From the NCBI GenBank assembly GCA_020725385.1, contig DYFC01000017.1, positions 1 through 64,000 on the forward strand: a DNA stretch of 64,000 nucleotides, in the 5' to 3' direction. Below the pieces are notes generated by a model, which was not told the DNA's origin, did not search any database, and saw only the letters and a program-made list of their open reading frames with translations. Positions 30,897 to 41,140 of the stretch are shown in pieces. The number at the start of each line of letters is the position of its first letter. Position 1 is the first letter of the stretch. Both the position numbers and the translations under genes were made by a program. The DNA is from Nitrospira japonica (lineage in GTDB: Bacteria > Nitrospirota > Thermodesulfovibrionia > Thermodesulfovibrionales > SM23-35).

Positions 30897-31841
30897 TTAT
30901 TTAATCTCTATTTGTTCGGCAATTTCAATCCTATTCCTACCCTTATTTTTTGCTTTGTAAAGAGCAATATCAGAGGCATCAATTAATTTTTCAGCGCTGT
31001 TAACTTTAAGTTCTGGCATAGTTGCAATCCCTATACTTACAGTTATCTGCTGATTTATTCCGGTGTAATTAAAATCAGAAACCATTCTTAGAATTCTTGA
31101 GGCAACAATGAAAGCGTCTTCCTTTTTAGTGCCGGGAAGAAGAACTACAAATTCTTCACCACCCCATCTTGCGATAGTATCAATTTTTCTAAGGCAGTTC
31201 TTTATATTCTGGGCAATTTCTTTTAATACTATATCTCCTGCACTGTGACCAAAATTATCATTGACATCTTTGAAATGGTCGACATCAACCATCAGACAAG
31301 AGAGAGGAGAATTATACCTTAAAGTTCTTGCAAATTCTTTCTGAATAATAAGGCTAAAGTGCCGTCTATTATAAATTTCAGTTAAAGAGTCTGTTATAGC
31401 AAGAATTTCGACTGTTGATAATACATCTTCGAGTTGACGGTTTTTTTCCTTGAGTTCATCTCTAAGATATTTTGTTCTTAAAGATGCATATATCCTTGCA
31501 TTAAGTTCGATTTCATTATAAGGTTTTGGTAAATAATCATCAGCACCTGCTTCAAGCCCATCAACTTTCTCCAAAACAGACCCCTTTACAGTAAGCATAA
31601 TAATAGGAATTCCTCTTGTATCTTTATTCAATCTTAACCATCTACATACTTCGCTACCATCCATGTCAGGTAAAATTCTGTCAAGTAAAATGAGCTCTAT
31701 ATTTTCGGTTTTAGCGATTTTCAAAGCTGATTTGCCGTTTTCGGCTAAGATAACATCGTAACCGTTTGCTTCAAGATATTTTTTTGTTTTATCTGCCTGC
31801 AGTTGATCATCTTCAACGAGAAGAATTGATGCTTTTGCCAT
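30897..31841 (-). CDS. Response-regulator diguanylate cyclase (REC-GGDEF)
   Basis: LLVEDD/LLD..LPD receiver; RKID I-site; GGEEF. Confidence 0.93.
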   Translation of the reverse strand: MAKASILLVEDDQLQADKTKKYLEANGYDVILAENGKSALKIAKTENIELILLDRILPDMDGSEVCRWLRLNKDTRGIPIIMLTVKGSVLEKVDGLEAGADDYLPKPYNEIELNARIYASLRTKYLRDELKEKNRQLEDVLSTVEILAITDSLTEIYNRRHFSLIIQKEFARTLRYNSPLSCLMVDVDHFKDVNDNFGHSAGDIVLKEIAQNIKNCLRKIDTIARWGGEEFVVLLPGTKKEDAFIVASRILRMVSDFNYTGINQQITVSIGIATMPELKVNSAEKLIDASDIALYKAKNKGRNRIEIAEQIEIK

Positions 31842-32032
31842 TTTATGCCTTTTAATTACTTATAAAAATTAAGAAATTATCCGAAATTTACTACTTAATA
31901 AAGATATAATAATTCAATTAATTTATCAATATAAATTTATATTATTGCTAAAGATTTTATCAGGCAGTTTTATTAACAAAAACCTATTTTTGTTAGCCGG
32001 AAGGATCCAGTTAATTTGGATATATACCTTAA

Positions 32033-32962
32033 TTATTCCGATATAATTACTCTATTTCGCCCGTGTTTTTTTGCTTCATACATTGCTGTATCAGCTTTAT
32101 GTATTAATTTCTCAGCGTTGTCAATAGATTCATCGGGTATGCTGGCAATTCCTATACTTATTGTAATTGGTCTATTGACACCTTCAAATTCATTATCAGA
32201 AATAGCTTTTAAAATTCTTTGTGCAGCGACAAATGTATCTTCTTTTGTAGTTCTTGGTAAGATTGCAATGAATTCTTCACCGCCCCAACGGGCAACAACA
32301 TCTACTTTGCGAAGATTGTTTTTAATAATATTGGCGATGCCTTTTAGAACAACATCACCAATACGATGTCCGAATTCGTCATTAACACTTTTAAAATTAT
32401 CAATATCTATCATCATACAAGATGCGGGCGTTTTGTACCTTAAAGTATTTTCGAATTCTTTTTCAATAACAGATTCAAAATATCTTCTATTATAAATCTG
32501 GGTTAATGAATCTGTTATTGCAAGAATTTCGAGTTTTGTAAGCAAGTCTTCAAGCTGACGGTTCTTCTCACGAAGTTCATCCTGCAGTGCTTTTGTTCTA
32601 AGACAGGCATATATACGGGCGCTTAGTTCAGATTCATTAAATGGTTTTGTAAGATGGTCGTCAGCGCCTGCTGTAAGGCTTGCTACTTTATCCGATGTTG
32701 AGCCCTGTGCTGTAAGCATTATGATAGGTATTCCTCTTGTATCCTGATTCAATTTCAACCATCTGCAAACTTCATTACCGCTCATATCAGGTAAAACTAG
32801 ATCGAGAACAACCAGATCAATATCCTGCGTTTTAACAATTTTGATAGCTGATTTTCCATCTTCTACCCATGTGACATTATAACCCGATGATTCAAGGTAA
32901 TGTTTTGTCGCACTACCCTGAACTTTATCGTCTTCTACAAGTAATATTTTCGATTCAGCCAT
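32033..32962 (-). CDS. Response-regulator diguanylate cyclase (REC-GGDEF), paralog
   Basis: Receiver domain; RKVD I-site; GGEEF; colinear with 30897-31841. Confidence 0.93.
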   Translation of the reverse strand: MAESKILLVEDDKVQGSATKHYLESSGYNVTWVEDGKSAIKIVKTQDIDLVVLDLVLPDMSGNEVCRWLKLNQDTRGIPIIMLTAQGSTSDKVASLTAGADDHLTKPFNESELSARIYACLRTKALQDELREKNRQLEDLLTKLEILAITDSLTQIYNRRYFESVIEKEFENTLRYKTPASCMMIDIDNFKSVNDEFGHRIGDVVLKGIANIIKNNLRKVDVVARWGGEEFIAILPRTTKEDTFVAAQRILKAISDNEFEGVNRPITISIGIASIPDESIDNAEKLIHKADTAMYEAKKHGRNRVIISE

Positions 32963-33215
32963 AATAAAAGTATATCAAAAATAATCTAAAAAAACTTATA
33001 GTTTAGTTAAGATATTCAAGTTTTCTTAAGTATTATAGCTGAAATTGATATTATACTGGTAATTATCAGCTAAATAATTCATAATGCAAGATATTATGTG
33101 AGTAAGATAGCAAGCCACCGAGCTATCAAGCGAAAAAGCGGAGAGCATAGAGCTTAGAGAAGCAATACACTTGATCTAATAGGCTATATTTTTTTATTTA
33201 AAATAGATTAATTTA

Positions 33216-34769
33216 TTGAAAAGATTTCCCAAGGTGAACAAGGTGATAAAAATATCAGAAATGTCTTTAATGGAAAAATTATATCAACTAATTATTCATA
33301 GACTGGATGGGGATAAAATTAATTCTGATTCATATAGAAAATATATTTATTCTTTAATACAGAAAGGTGTGGGTGGTTTCATACTTTTTAACGGGGAATC
33401 AGAAGAAATAAAGGAATTTATAGATGAAATACAAAAGCGTTCGGAAATAATTTTATTTATCGCATCTGACATTGAAAGGGGTGTCGGGCAACAGGTTTTA
33501 GGCTGTACACATTTTCCACCCCAGATGGCAATCGCTGCTGCTATAAAAAGAAATTTTCAAGAAGATGTTTCTTTAATATGTCAAACAGTCAAAGCAATTA
33601 CAGATGAAGCATCATACATTGGAATAAATATGCCTTTAATTCCTGTGCTTGATATTAACCTCAATCCAGATAATCCAATAATATGTACGAGAGCTTTCTC
33701 AGATAATCCTGAAGTAGTATCATGGTTTGGCAATGAATATATTAAAATCTTAGAAGAAAATGGCATGATAAGCTGTGCCAAACATTTTCCCGGACATGGA
33801 GATACATCAGAGGACTCTCATTTAAGTCTTCCTGTAATAAAAAAATCTAAGAATGAACTTATGTCTATGGAACTGAAACCCTTTAAAAAAGCTATTGAAC
33901 AAGGTGTTAGCAGCTTGATGATCGGGCATCTTCTGTTGCCGGAGATTGATAATATGCCTGCAAGCTTATCATATAATGTAATAACTAACTTGTTGCGCAA
34001 AGAAATGGGATTCGATGGCCTTGTTCTATCAGATGCACTTAGTATGAAAGCATTGAACGGCATTCAGAGTATATCTGCTCTATGTATCAAAGCAGGTACT
34101 GATATACTTCTCCATCCAAATAATCCTGATATTACCGTAAAAGAGCTTGTTTCTGCTCTTGAATTGAATATAATAACTGAAGAACATATAGATAAAGCGA
34201 TAAATAGAATTTTAAAAACAAAACAAAAAATAAAGAGTAATTTAAAAGATGAAATTAATTATAAAATTCATGAAGATATATCATGCCGGATTACTAAAAA
34301 ATCAATTACCCTTGTTAGGAATACTCAAAGCATAATACCTATAAAGGGGTTAGATTCTACAACTGTTGTATTAGCTGGTGATGAACAATATTTTAATGAT
34401 TGCTTTTTTAAGAATACGTTTAGTAATGTTTGCACATTAAAAGATATTAAAGACATAACGTTACAGACGCCGGAACAGATTATTGTTAATATATTTACGA
34501 GTGTCTCTGCATGGAAAGGTAGTTCAGGTATTTCAGATATTGAAAGAGATTATATAAAAAAATTAATCCAGAAGTCTTCACGTTCAATAGTAATTTCTTT
34601 TGGAAGCCCGTATGTTTTAAGACATTTTATGGAAGCAAATACTCTGATCGCAGCATATGAACCATCACTTCAAGCTCAAACTGTTGTTTTAAAGTGTATT
34701 TTAGGTAAAACAAAAATATCTGGAACACTTCCAGTTAAGTTAACAAATTTTACTAAGAATGATACTTGA
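33216..34769 (+). CDS. nagZ: GH3 beta-N-acetylhexosaminidase
   Basis: SDIERG, RAFS, KHFPGHGDTSEDSH, SDALSM; true start may be 33243 or 33261. Confidence 0.85.
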   Translation: MKRFPKVNKVIKISEMSLMEKLYQLIIHRLDGDKINSDSYRKYIYSLIQKGVGGFILFNGESEEIKEFIDEIQKRSEIILFIASDIERGVGQQVLGCTHFPPQMAIAAAIKRNFQEDVSLICQTVKAITDEASYIGINMPLIPVLDINLNPDNPIICTRAFSDNPEVVSWFGNEYIKILEENGMISCAKHFPGHGDTSEDSHLSLPVIKKSKNELMSMELKPFKKAIEQGVSSLMIGHLLLPEIDNMPASLSYNVITNLLRKEMGFDGLVLSDALSMKALNGIQSISALCIKAGTDILLHPNNPDITVKELVSALELNIITEEHIDKAINRILKTKQKIKSNLKDEINYKIHEDISCRITKKSITLVRNTQSIIPIKGLDSTTVVLAGDEQYFNDCFFKNTFSNVCTLKDIKDITLQTPEQIIVNIFTSVSAWKGSSGISDIERDYIKKLIQKSSRSIVISFGSPYVLRHFMEANTLIAAYEPSLQAQTVVLKCILGKTKISGTLPVKLTNFTKNDT

Positions 34770-35634
34770 TATTGTTAGAAACGAAGGTGATAAAAGCAAA
34801 TATGCTATTGTTTTTATTCATGGACTTGGTATGGATAAAAACATATGGCTCGATCCTTCAAAATCAAGAATACTCGGTGGAATGTTTCCGCTTAAAGTTC
34901 TCCTCAGAAAATATCCGAAAGTTAAAACTGTTTTCAATGATCTAAGTAAATTTAATTACCCTTTAATAACATGGAGTCAAAGGAATCCTGCAGGCGAAAT
35001 TGACACTGTTGTGAAAGAACTAAATGAAATTATGTCTATTGCTTCTAATATGACAAAAGCAGGAATAATTATTATTTGCCATAGCAGAGGCGGGCTAATT
35101 GCAAGAAAATATCTCATGAATCAAGTAGTGCCTATTAAAGCATTGATAACGATTTCAACCCCTCACAGAGGAAGTTCCCTGGCAAAGATTTCAAAATATC
35201 TTTCACCTATTGTTTCTTTATTTTTTCCGTTTGTTCCTGAAGGAAGAAGAAATTCTACAAGAAGTGCAATTAGAAAAATTATGCAATTTCTCAGAAGCAA
35301 AGCCCTAAATGAATTGCTCCCTGATTCAGAGTTTTTCCTATCGTTGAATGATTCTCCAATTGAGGGAGTAAAATATTTTTCCATAGGGGGCACGATACCA
35401 ACACTATTTAGGTTATATAAAATGTCGTTTCCTGACATTTTAGAAAAAATAATTCCAGCCGGGCTATTCCCTGATGAATTCAGAAAAAACAAAGGCGATG
35501 GACTTGTTACAGTTGAAAGCTCAAAATTGCAATGGGCACAGGAGCATTGTAATTTCCCTTGTAATCATGCAGGAATTTTGTTTAATAAGAATGTTAGGAA
35601 TTATATTATGAAAATAATAAGAGGAATACGATAA
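34759..35634 (+). CDS. Alpha/beta hydrolase (lipase/esterase-like)
   Basis: FIHGLG, CHSRGGL nucleophile elbow, STPHRGS, GDGLV, NH. Confidence 0.82.
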   Translation: MILDIVRNEGDKSKYAIVFIHGLGMDKNIWLDPSKSRILGGMFPLKVLLRKYPKVKTVFNDLSKFNYPLITWSQRNPAGEIDTVVKELNEIMSIASNMTKAGIIIICHSRGGLIARKYLMNQVVPIKALITISTPHRGSSLAKISKYLSPIVSLFFPFVPEGRRNSTRSAIRKIMQFLRSKALNELLPDSEFFLSLNDSPIEGVKYFSIGGTIPTLFRLYKMSFPDILEKIIPAGLFPDEFRKNKGDGLVTVESSKLQWAQEHCNFPCNHAGILFNKNVRNYIMKIIRGIR

Positions 35635-35676
35635 TAAAAGAAGGGTTAAGCAATTAAACTTACCCTTCTTTTATTA
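35632..35676. terminator. Bidirectional intrinsic terminator
   Basis: TAATAAAAGAAGGGT...ACCCTTCTTTTATTA between convergent genes. Confidence 0.8.
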
Positions 35677-35693
35677 AATTAATAGTATCGATA

Positions 35694-37559
35694 TTAAAAA
35701 CTAAAACTCATGCCCGCTGAAAATTGAACAGGCGGCATTGGATAATCTTTAAGAATCTCGAAATTTCTATCAAATATATTTTTACCTATGACAAAGATTT
35801 CTGTAGGAATCTTCCAGATATCTAATTTTTGAGCAATTTTCCCGTCGAGCAAGAAATAGCAACCCGGATCTCCTTTCTCTACTTTATAACGATGTATGTA
35901 ACTTCCTTCAAAAGCAATAGTATTTCCCTTGAAAGGATGCAGGGAAACATTTCCTTTAATCTGATGGCGGGTGCTAAAGCGTATTTTTTTGTCTGAAGTT
36001 CTATCCTGAGGGTCCATAAAAGTATAGCTTAACCCGATGTCAAGATAATCAAGGTGTAAGCTACTTTCTGTTTCAAATCCAGCAACACGTGTTTTTGCAA
36101 TATTCACAGGAGACCATTTGAAAGGGCTAATTTCCTGCCATTGGATAAGGTCTTTTGATTGTTTAATAAATCCAACTGCTTTTATATTTGCAATCTTTCC
36201 GAAGAATTTATTTATATTTACCTCAAATTCTGTTGACTTTTCCGGTTTTAAATCCGGATTACCCTCAGCCCATCCAGTATCAGGCCAGTAAAGAGCATTC
36301 ATTTCAGGAATACGGAATCCCTGTCCTATAGAGAAAGAAAGATTTGTCTCGTACGGGAGTTTTATTAATAAAGAAGCTTTCGGGCTGAACCTATCCTCTG
36401 ATGAAATGGAATCATATCTTAGCCCGAGAGTCAATATTAAATATTTTTTCAAAGAAGTTTCATTTTGAAGGAATATCCCTTTTCTTGTTCTGCTATGTCT
36501 TCCAATTGACTCATTTTCATTAATATTGTTAGTGCTATCAATATCCTCTTCGAGAACTTCAATTCCACCTGTCAAGAGATTCATTGAGCCTAAAGAAAGA
36601 CTATGCTGAAGATCAAATCCAAGAACATGGTTTTTATGAGTATTATCTTCAAGACCTGGATTCATATAATCAATTGTTGAGTTGTGACTGTAAAATTTCA
36701 TGATAGAATCTTTATATTTAATATTAATCCCGGCAAGAAAATTCTTGTCTTTTTCGTTTGCTTTTGGTGTTGGCCATGATAATGAACCCGGAGAGCCAGC
36801 GTCTCTGAAATTATAATCAAAGGAAATATCTGTTCTAATGTCTTTAGAAATATCATAGGTTATTTTAACGCTTGCGGATTCTGAATCATATTCACTATTT
36901 TCTCTAAAACCGGCTGAGGAATTTTTTGATAGAGAAAGATAGAAACCAGCGTTTCTTATGCGTTGTGATGTATTAAAATTCAAGTCTTTTGTAACAAATC
37001 TACCATATGATGCTGAGATACTTGTCTTTGGAGTTTCAGGTATTTTTGTAATGATATTTATAACACCTCCCATAGCATCCGCACCATATAATGCTGATGA
37101 AGCTCCACGCAATATCTCTATTCTTTCTATATTATCAACCGGTATTGAAAGAGCGTTTATGTCAACCTGTCCATCGCCCGGCTTGTTAAGTCTCTTACCA
37201 TCAATAAGCACAAGAACCTGTGCTGAAGTTGAAGACCTCAGACTTACACTCGATGATGAACCTTTATTACCATATTCAAAGAAAGTTAAACCTGTAATGT
37301 TCCTTAGAATCTCGGATATATTTGTATAACTGCTATTTTCAATTTCCTTTTTTGTTATAACAGTAACATCCTGTGGAATATCCTCAATTGATTCCTCAAT
37401 TTTTGTTGCAATAACAACAATCTCCTCAAATGATACGACTTTTTCTTCTGCAGATAAAGAAGTAATAAGTGAAAAGTAATAAGTGAGAAGTAAAGAAATG
37501 CAAATAATGAATTTTGAAAAGTGATGACTGATGACTGATGACTGATAACTTTTTTCCAT
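35694..37559 (-). CDS. btuB: TonB-dependent cobalamin receptor
   Basis: Signal peptide, EIVVIATK TonB-box region, plug IERIEILRGASSALYGADAMGGVINIIT, C-terminal F; downstream of a B12 riboswitch; GAGGGAGG RBS before ATG 37559. Confidence 0.88.
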   Translation of the reverse strand: MEKSYQSSVISHHFSKFIICISLLLTYYFSLITSLSAEEKVVSFEEIVVIATKIEESIEDIPQDVTVITKKEIENSSYTNISEILRNITGLTFFEYGNKGSSSSVSLRSSTSAQVLVLIDGKRLNKPGDGQVDINALSIPVDNIERIEILRGASSALYGADAMGGVINIITKIPETPKTSISASYGRFVTKDLNFNTSQRIRNAGFYLSLSKNSSAGFRENSEYDSESASVKITYDISKDIRTDISFDYNFRDAGSPGSLSWPTPKANEKDKNFLAGINIKYKDSIMKFYSHNSTIDYMNPGLEDNTHKNHVLGFDLQHSLSLGSMNLLTGGIEVLEEDIDSTNNINENESIGRHSRTRKGIFLQNETSLKKYLILTLGLRYDSISSEDRFSPKASLLIKLPYETNLSFSIGQGFRIPEMNALYWPDTGWAEGNPDLKPEKSTEFEVNINKFFGKIANIKAVGFIKQSKDLIQWQEISPFKWSPVNIAKTRVAGFETESSLHLDYLDIGLSYTFMDPQDRTSDKKIRFSTRHQIKGNVSLHPFKGNTIAFEGSYIHRYKVEKGDPGCYFLLDGKIAQKLDIWKIPTEIFVIGKNIFDRNFEILKDYPMPPVQFSAGMSFSF

Positions 37560-37625
37560 TTTTCCTCCCTCGGGAAATAATTTATTCAAAGCATGTTGTT
37601 AGCTCTGAAATTTTAGTTTCTACTG

Positions 37626-37867
37626 ATCTGGATAGGTCTTCCGGCTTCAGGCAATTTTATGTTTCCTACTAACCTTCCTTCCCGGAGAAACCGTTCAAAC
37701 CATTTAAGCAGTTAAAACAGTTCTACTCCAGTGGATTAAAGACAGTGATTGAGATTCTTCTAATTCACTACCTCACTAATTTCTAATTTACTGTCTTTCC
37801 GGGTTTTCGTTCCATTCACGGCTGCGGGGCAGCGATGGCTTTCCACCATTCTTCCCTGAATCCAGAT
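37626..37867 (-). promoter_or_regulatory. Cobalamin riboswitch upstream of btuB
   Basis: AGGGAA..GGTG..GCTGCCCCGCAGCCGTGA, CCACTG...CCGGGAAGG, AAGCCGGAAGACCT B12 box; P1 ATCTGGA/TCCAGAT. Confidence 0.9.
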
Positions 37868-37934
37868 TTATTAATAATTACCTGAATACATAGACTTAAT
37901 TTATATCACCTCCTTTCATGTAAATTTTGATTAA

Positions 37935-38720
37935 CTAAAAAACCCTGTACCATATCAGAGTAAAAAACAAAAATAATAATTCCGAAATTTCGCTTATAGC
38001 ACCGAGAGTATCTCCTGTAAGACCTCCAAATTGTTTATTAAACAAAATGATTGATAATCTACAAAAAATATATATCAAAGAAATTAAAAGGCAGCAGAAG
38101 ATGAAGTCCATAACTTGGAAGGAATGATAAAAAATTGTTTTTAAAGATAAAAATAAAATAATGAAAAATAAGAGAGAGATAAGGACTTCTTTAAATTTTA
38201 ATTTTCCTATAAACAGATTTCCCATGCCTTCTTGTCTTGCCGGTTTAGCTTGAAACATCGAGATAATAATTGACAATTTAGAAAAAACGGGCATTAAAAG
38301 AATTGATGTGTAAAAAACTGATGAGGTATAAAGCATAAGATTCTTTATAGAAAGAAATTTCAAAAGCAATATAAAAAATATTGCTGTAACACCAATTGGT
38401 CCTGCTGTGCCCTCTTTCATAATGGATAGTTTTTTTTCTTTGTCACCATTCATTGCAATACCATCAAAAGTATCTGAAAGTCCATCAATATGAAAGCCAG
38501 CATTATATAAAACAGAAGTCATTAGAATAATTCCTGCAACTATCTCATTATCAAAGAGATGTTTGGTTACTAAATAAATCAAAATAAGAATTATGCCCTG
38601 AAATACGCCAACCGGAACAAATGCAATTGAGCATCTTGGAATCCCGGATTTTTCAATGCTTATATTTTTGTTTAATGGAATAATTGTTAAAAGCTGTAAA
38701 GCAACTATGAACGTTTTCAT
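37935..38720 (-). CDS. cobS: Adenosylcobinamide-GDP ribazoletransferase
   Basis: ALQLLTIIP, GFHIDGLSDTFDG, FGGLTGDTLGA; multi-TM. Confidence 0.93.
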   Translation of the reverse strand: MKTFIVALQLLTIIPLNKNISIEKSGIPRCSIAFVPVGVFQGIILILIYLVTKHLFDNEIVAGIILMTSVLYNAGFHIDGLSDTFDGIAMNGDKEKKLSIMKEGTAGPIGVTAIFFILLLKFLSIKNLMLYTSSVFYTSILLMPVFSKLSIIISMFQAKPARQEGMGNLFIGKLKFKEVLISLLFFIILFLSLKTIFYHSFQVMDFIFCCLLISLIYIFCRLSIILFNKQFGGLTGDTLGAISEISELLFLFFTLIWYRVF

Positions 38721-39793
38721 TCCTGAACCTTTTTATTTGATACTCCAGCTTTATCAAATGTAGCCATTTCTTTATATATCTTTAGTCCTGCTTCTATGAT
38801 AGTTAACGCAAGTGCTGCGCCGGTACCTTCACCGAGTCTCAAATCAAGGTCAAGTATGGGCTTAATACCTATTTTTTCAAGAATAGCTTTATGACCCTTT
38901 TCAACAGAATTGTGTGCGGCAAACATGTAATCTTTTGTATTTGATTCAATCGAATAGGCGATAAGAGCACCTGCTGTTGAGATAAAGCCATCTATAACAA
39001 CAGGTATTTTCTTTGCAGAAGCACCTAATATAAGACCTGCAATGCCTCCAATTTCAGCTCCTCCGACTTTTGAGAGAATGTCAATTGGATCAGTAATGTC
39101 AGGCTTATTAATTAAAATTGCTTTTTCTATTATTTCACATTTTTTTCTTAATGTAATATTATCAATTCCAGTGCCTCTGCCTGTTACTCCATAAATCGGT
39201 TTGCCTGTTAATAAAGAAGCAATTGCAGATGATGGTGTTGTATTCCCAATTCCCATTTCACCTGTGCAGAAAATGTTATAGCCTTCATTTGCATATTCAA
39301 TTGCAATCTCTATTCCTGTCTCTATACACTTTATAGCTTCATCCCTTGTCATAGCAGGATAATTCTTAATGTTTTTAGTGCCATAGATAACTTTTCTTGT
39401 AATAAAATGGCAATTTTCGGAAATATATATGGATTTCTCAAAGTCATACTTAACTCCCAAATCAATGACAACAACATCCGCGCCTGCATGTTTTGCAAGA
39501 ACATTTATACCCGCTCCGCCATTAATAAAGTTAAAGATCATTTGTTTTGTAACTTCTTGTGGATATGCACTTACTCCTTCTTCTGCAACTCCATGGTCAC
39601 TCGCAAAAATGAAAATTGCTTTTTTATCCAATACTGGCATTGGATTTTCAGAGATTACCACAAGTCTTTTTGCGAATTCCTCAAGTCTTCCAAGACTTCC
39701 TTGAGGCTTTGTTAGATTATCAAGATGTTCTTGAGCAATTTCACCAAATTTTGTATTAACAGGTTTTATACTTTTAATTATTTTCTTAAGCAT
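38717..39793 (-). CDS. cobT: Nicotinate-nucleotide-dimethylbenzimidazole phosphoribosyltransferase
   Basis: LTKPQGSLGRLE, ASDHGV, GEMGIGNTT, LRLGEGTGAAL. Confidence 0.96.
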   Translation of the reverse strand: MLKKIIKSIKPVNTKFGEIAQEHLDNLTKPQGSLGRLEEFAKRLVVISENPMPVLDKKAIFIFASDHGVAEEGVSAYPQEVTKQMIFNFINGGAGINVLAKHAGADVVVIDLGVKYDFEKSIYISENCHFITRKVIYGTKNIKNYPAMTRDEAIKCIETGIEIAIEYANEGYNIFCTGEMGIGNTTPSSAIASLLTGKPIYGVTGRGTGIDNITLRKKCEIIEKAILINKPDITDPIDILSKVGGAEIGGIAGLILGASAKKIPVVIDGFISTAGALIAYSIESNTKDYMFAAHNSVEKGHKAILEKIGIKPILDLDLRLGEGTGAALALTIIEAGLKIYKEMATFDKAGVSNKKVQE

Positions 39794-40331
39794 GGGTTCC
39801 CTTTATTTTTAATGGTATCCCGGCAATCATCATATATACTTCATCTGCAATTTCTGCAATGCTTTGATTCAATATTCCTAAATTGTCTCTAAATTTCCTT
39901 GCAAGTTTATTTTCAGGAACAATACCCGAACCAACCTCATTGGAGACAATAAAAACTGTACAATAAAGAGAAGATAGAGTGTTACAAAGAGATTCTATAT
40001 CCTTTTCAACATTCTTATTATTAAAAAAAAGATTAGAAAGCCAGAGAGTTAGACAATCAATGACTATTACATTATATTTGTCTTTTATATTTTTGATTAC
40101 ATCTGAAATTTTAACCGGCTCTTCATATGTATCCCATTCATTACCTCTTTGCTTTTTATGTTTTTCTATCCTCTCTTTCATTTCCTCATCCTGTATGGGA
40201 GTATCGCCATACGTCCATATCGCTGTTGCAATAAATGCTTTATTTCCCAAAATCTTTGATGCTTCTTTCAAAGCAAAAGTGCTTTTACCACTTCTTGCTC
40301 CGCCTGTTATAAAAACTATTTTTTTATTCAT
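39786..40331 (-). CDS. cobU: Adenosylcobinamide kinase/guanylyltransferase
   Basis: GGARSGKS, DEEMKERI..H..QR, IDCLTLW, VSNEVG.GIVP. Confidence 0.96.
   Translation of the reverse strand: MNKKIVFITGGARSGKSTFALKEASKILGNKAFIATAIWTYGDTPIQDEEMKERIEKHKKQRGNEWDTYEEPVKISDVIKNIKDKYNVIVIDCLTLWLSNLFFNNKNVEKDIESLCNTLSSLYCTVFIVSNEVGSGIVPENKLARKFRDNLGILNQSIAEIADEVYMMIAGIPLKIKGTHA
40193..40220. repeat. REP-like palindrome inside the cobU reading frame
   Basis: GTATGGGAGTATCGCCATACGTCCATAT imperfect hairpin; encodes most of IWTYGDTPIQ. Confidence 0.6.
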
Positions 40332-40339
40332 CTTAGATT

Positions 40340-41140
40340 CTATACCCTTATAGATTTTTTTCTGTCTTCCTCGTTGACTAAAAAAATATATGGTTTTGAT
40401 GAAACCGGATTATTTCCGACAATCACGACAGTTTTATAAACTTCCTCAATAATCTGATAAGTCAATATTTCTTGAGGTGAACCGATTTTATGTATAAGGC
40501 CATTATTAAGCAGGATTATCCGGTCACAATATTCGCTGGCTAAATTAAGGTCATGCAAAACTATTATTACAGTGAGTCCCGATTCTTTGTTCAATTTTCT
40601 TATAAGATCTAATATTTTTATCTGATGTGTTATATCAAGATGAGCTGTTGGCTCATCTAATAAAAGTAGTTCAGGCTCCTGAGCCAATGCTCGTGCGATT
40701 GATATAAGTTGTTTTTCGCCACCGCTTATCTGATTTAGAAATTTATCTTTTAGTCTTATGGTGTCTGTTTGAAGCATACATTTTCTGACAACCTCATAAT
40801 CTTTTTTTGTCTCTAAAAACTGAAATTTTTTGTAATGAGGGCTCCTGCCTAAAAGTATAAATTCTTCTACATTCATAAAATTAGGCTGGAGATTCTGGGT
40901 AACAACAGCTATTTTTTTAGACAATTCTTTATGAGTAATCTGCCAAATATTTTTCCCTTCAAAAATGACTTCTCCTTTTAGAGGTTTAATCAAGCGAGTT
41001 AATGCTTTTATTAATGTAGTCTTTCCAGAACCATTTGGACCGATTATGCCCAGAAGTTCCTTTTTATTGACATTAAAAGTTATATCTTTAAGTAAAAAAT
41101 CTGAATTATATCCACATGTTAAATTTTTTATCTCAAACAT
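40340..41140 (-). CDS. btuD: Cobalamin ABC transporter ATPase
   Basis: GPNGSGKT, ISGGEKQ, LLLDEPT, LHDLNLA; B12 operon context. Confidence 0.85.
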   Translation of the reverse strand: MFEIKNLTCGYNSDFLLKDITFNVNKKELLGIIGPNGSGKTTLIKALTRLIKPLKGEVIFEGKNIWQITHKELSKKIAVVTQNLQPNFMNVEEFILLGRSPHYKKFQFLETKKDYEVVRKCMLQTDTIRLKDKFLNQISGGEKQLISIARALAQEPELLLLDEPTAHLDITHQIKILDLIRKLNKESGLTVIIVLHDLNLASEYCDRIILLNNGLIHKIGSPQEILTYQIIEEVYKTVVIVGNNPVSSKPYIFLVNEEDRKKSIRV

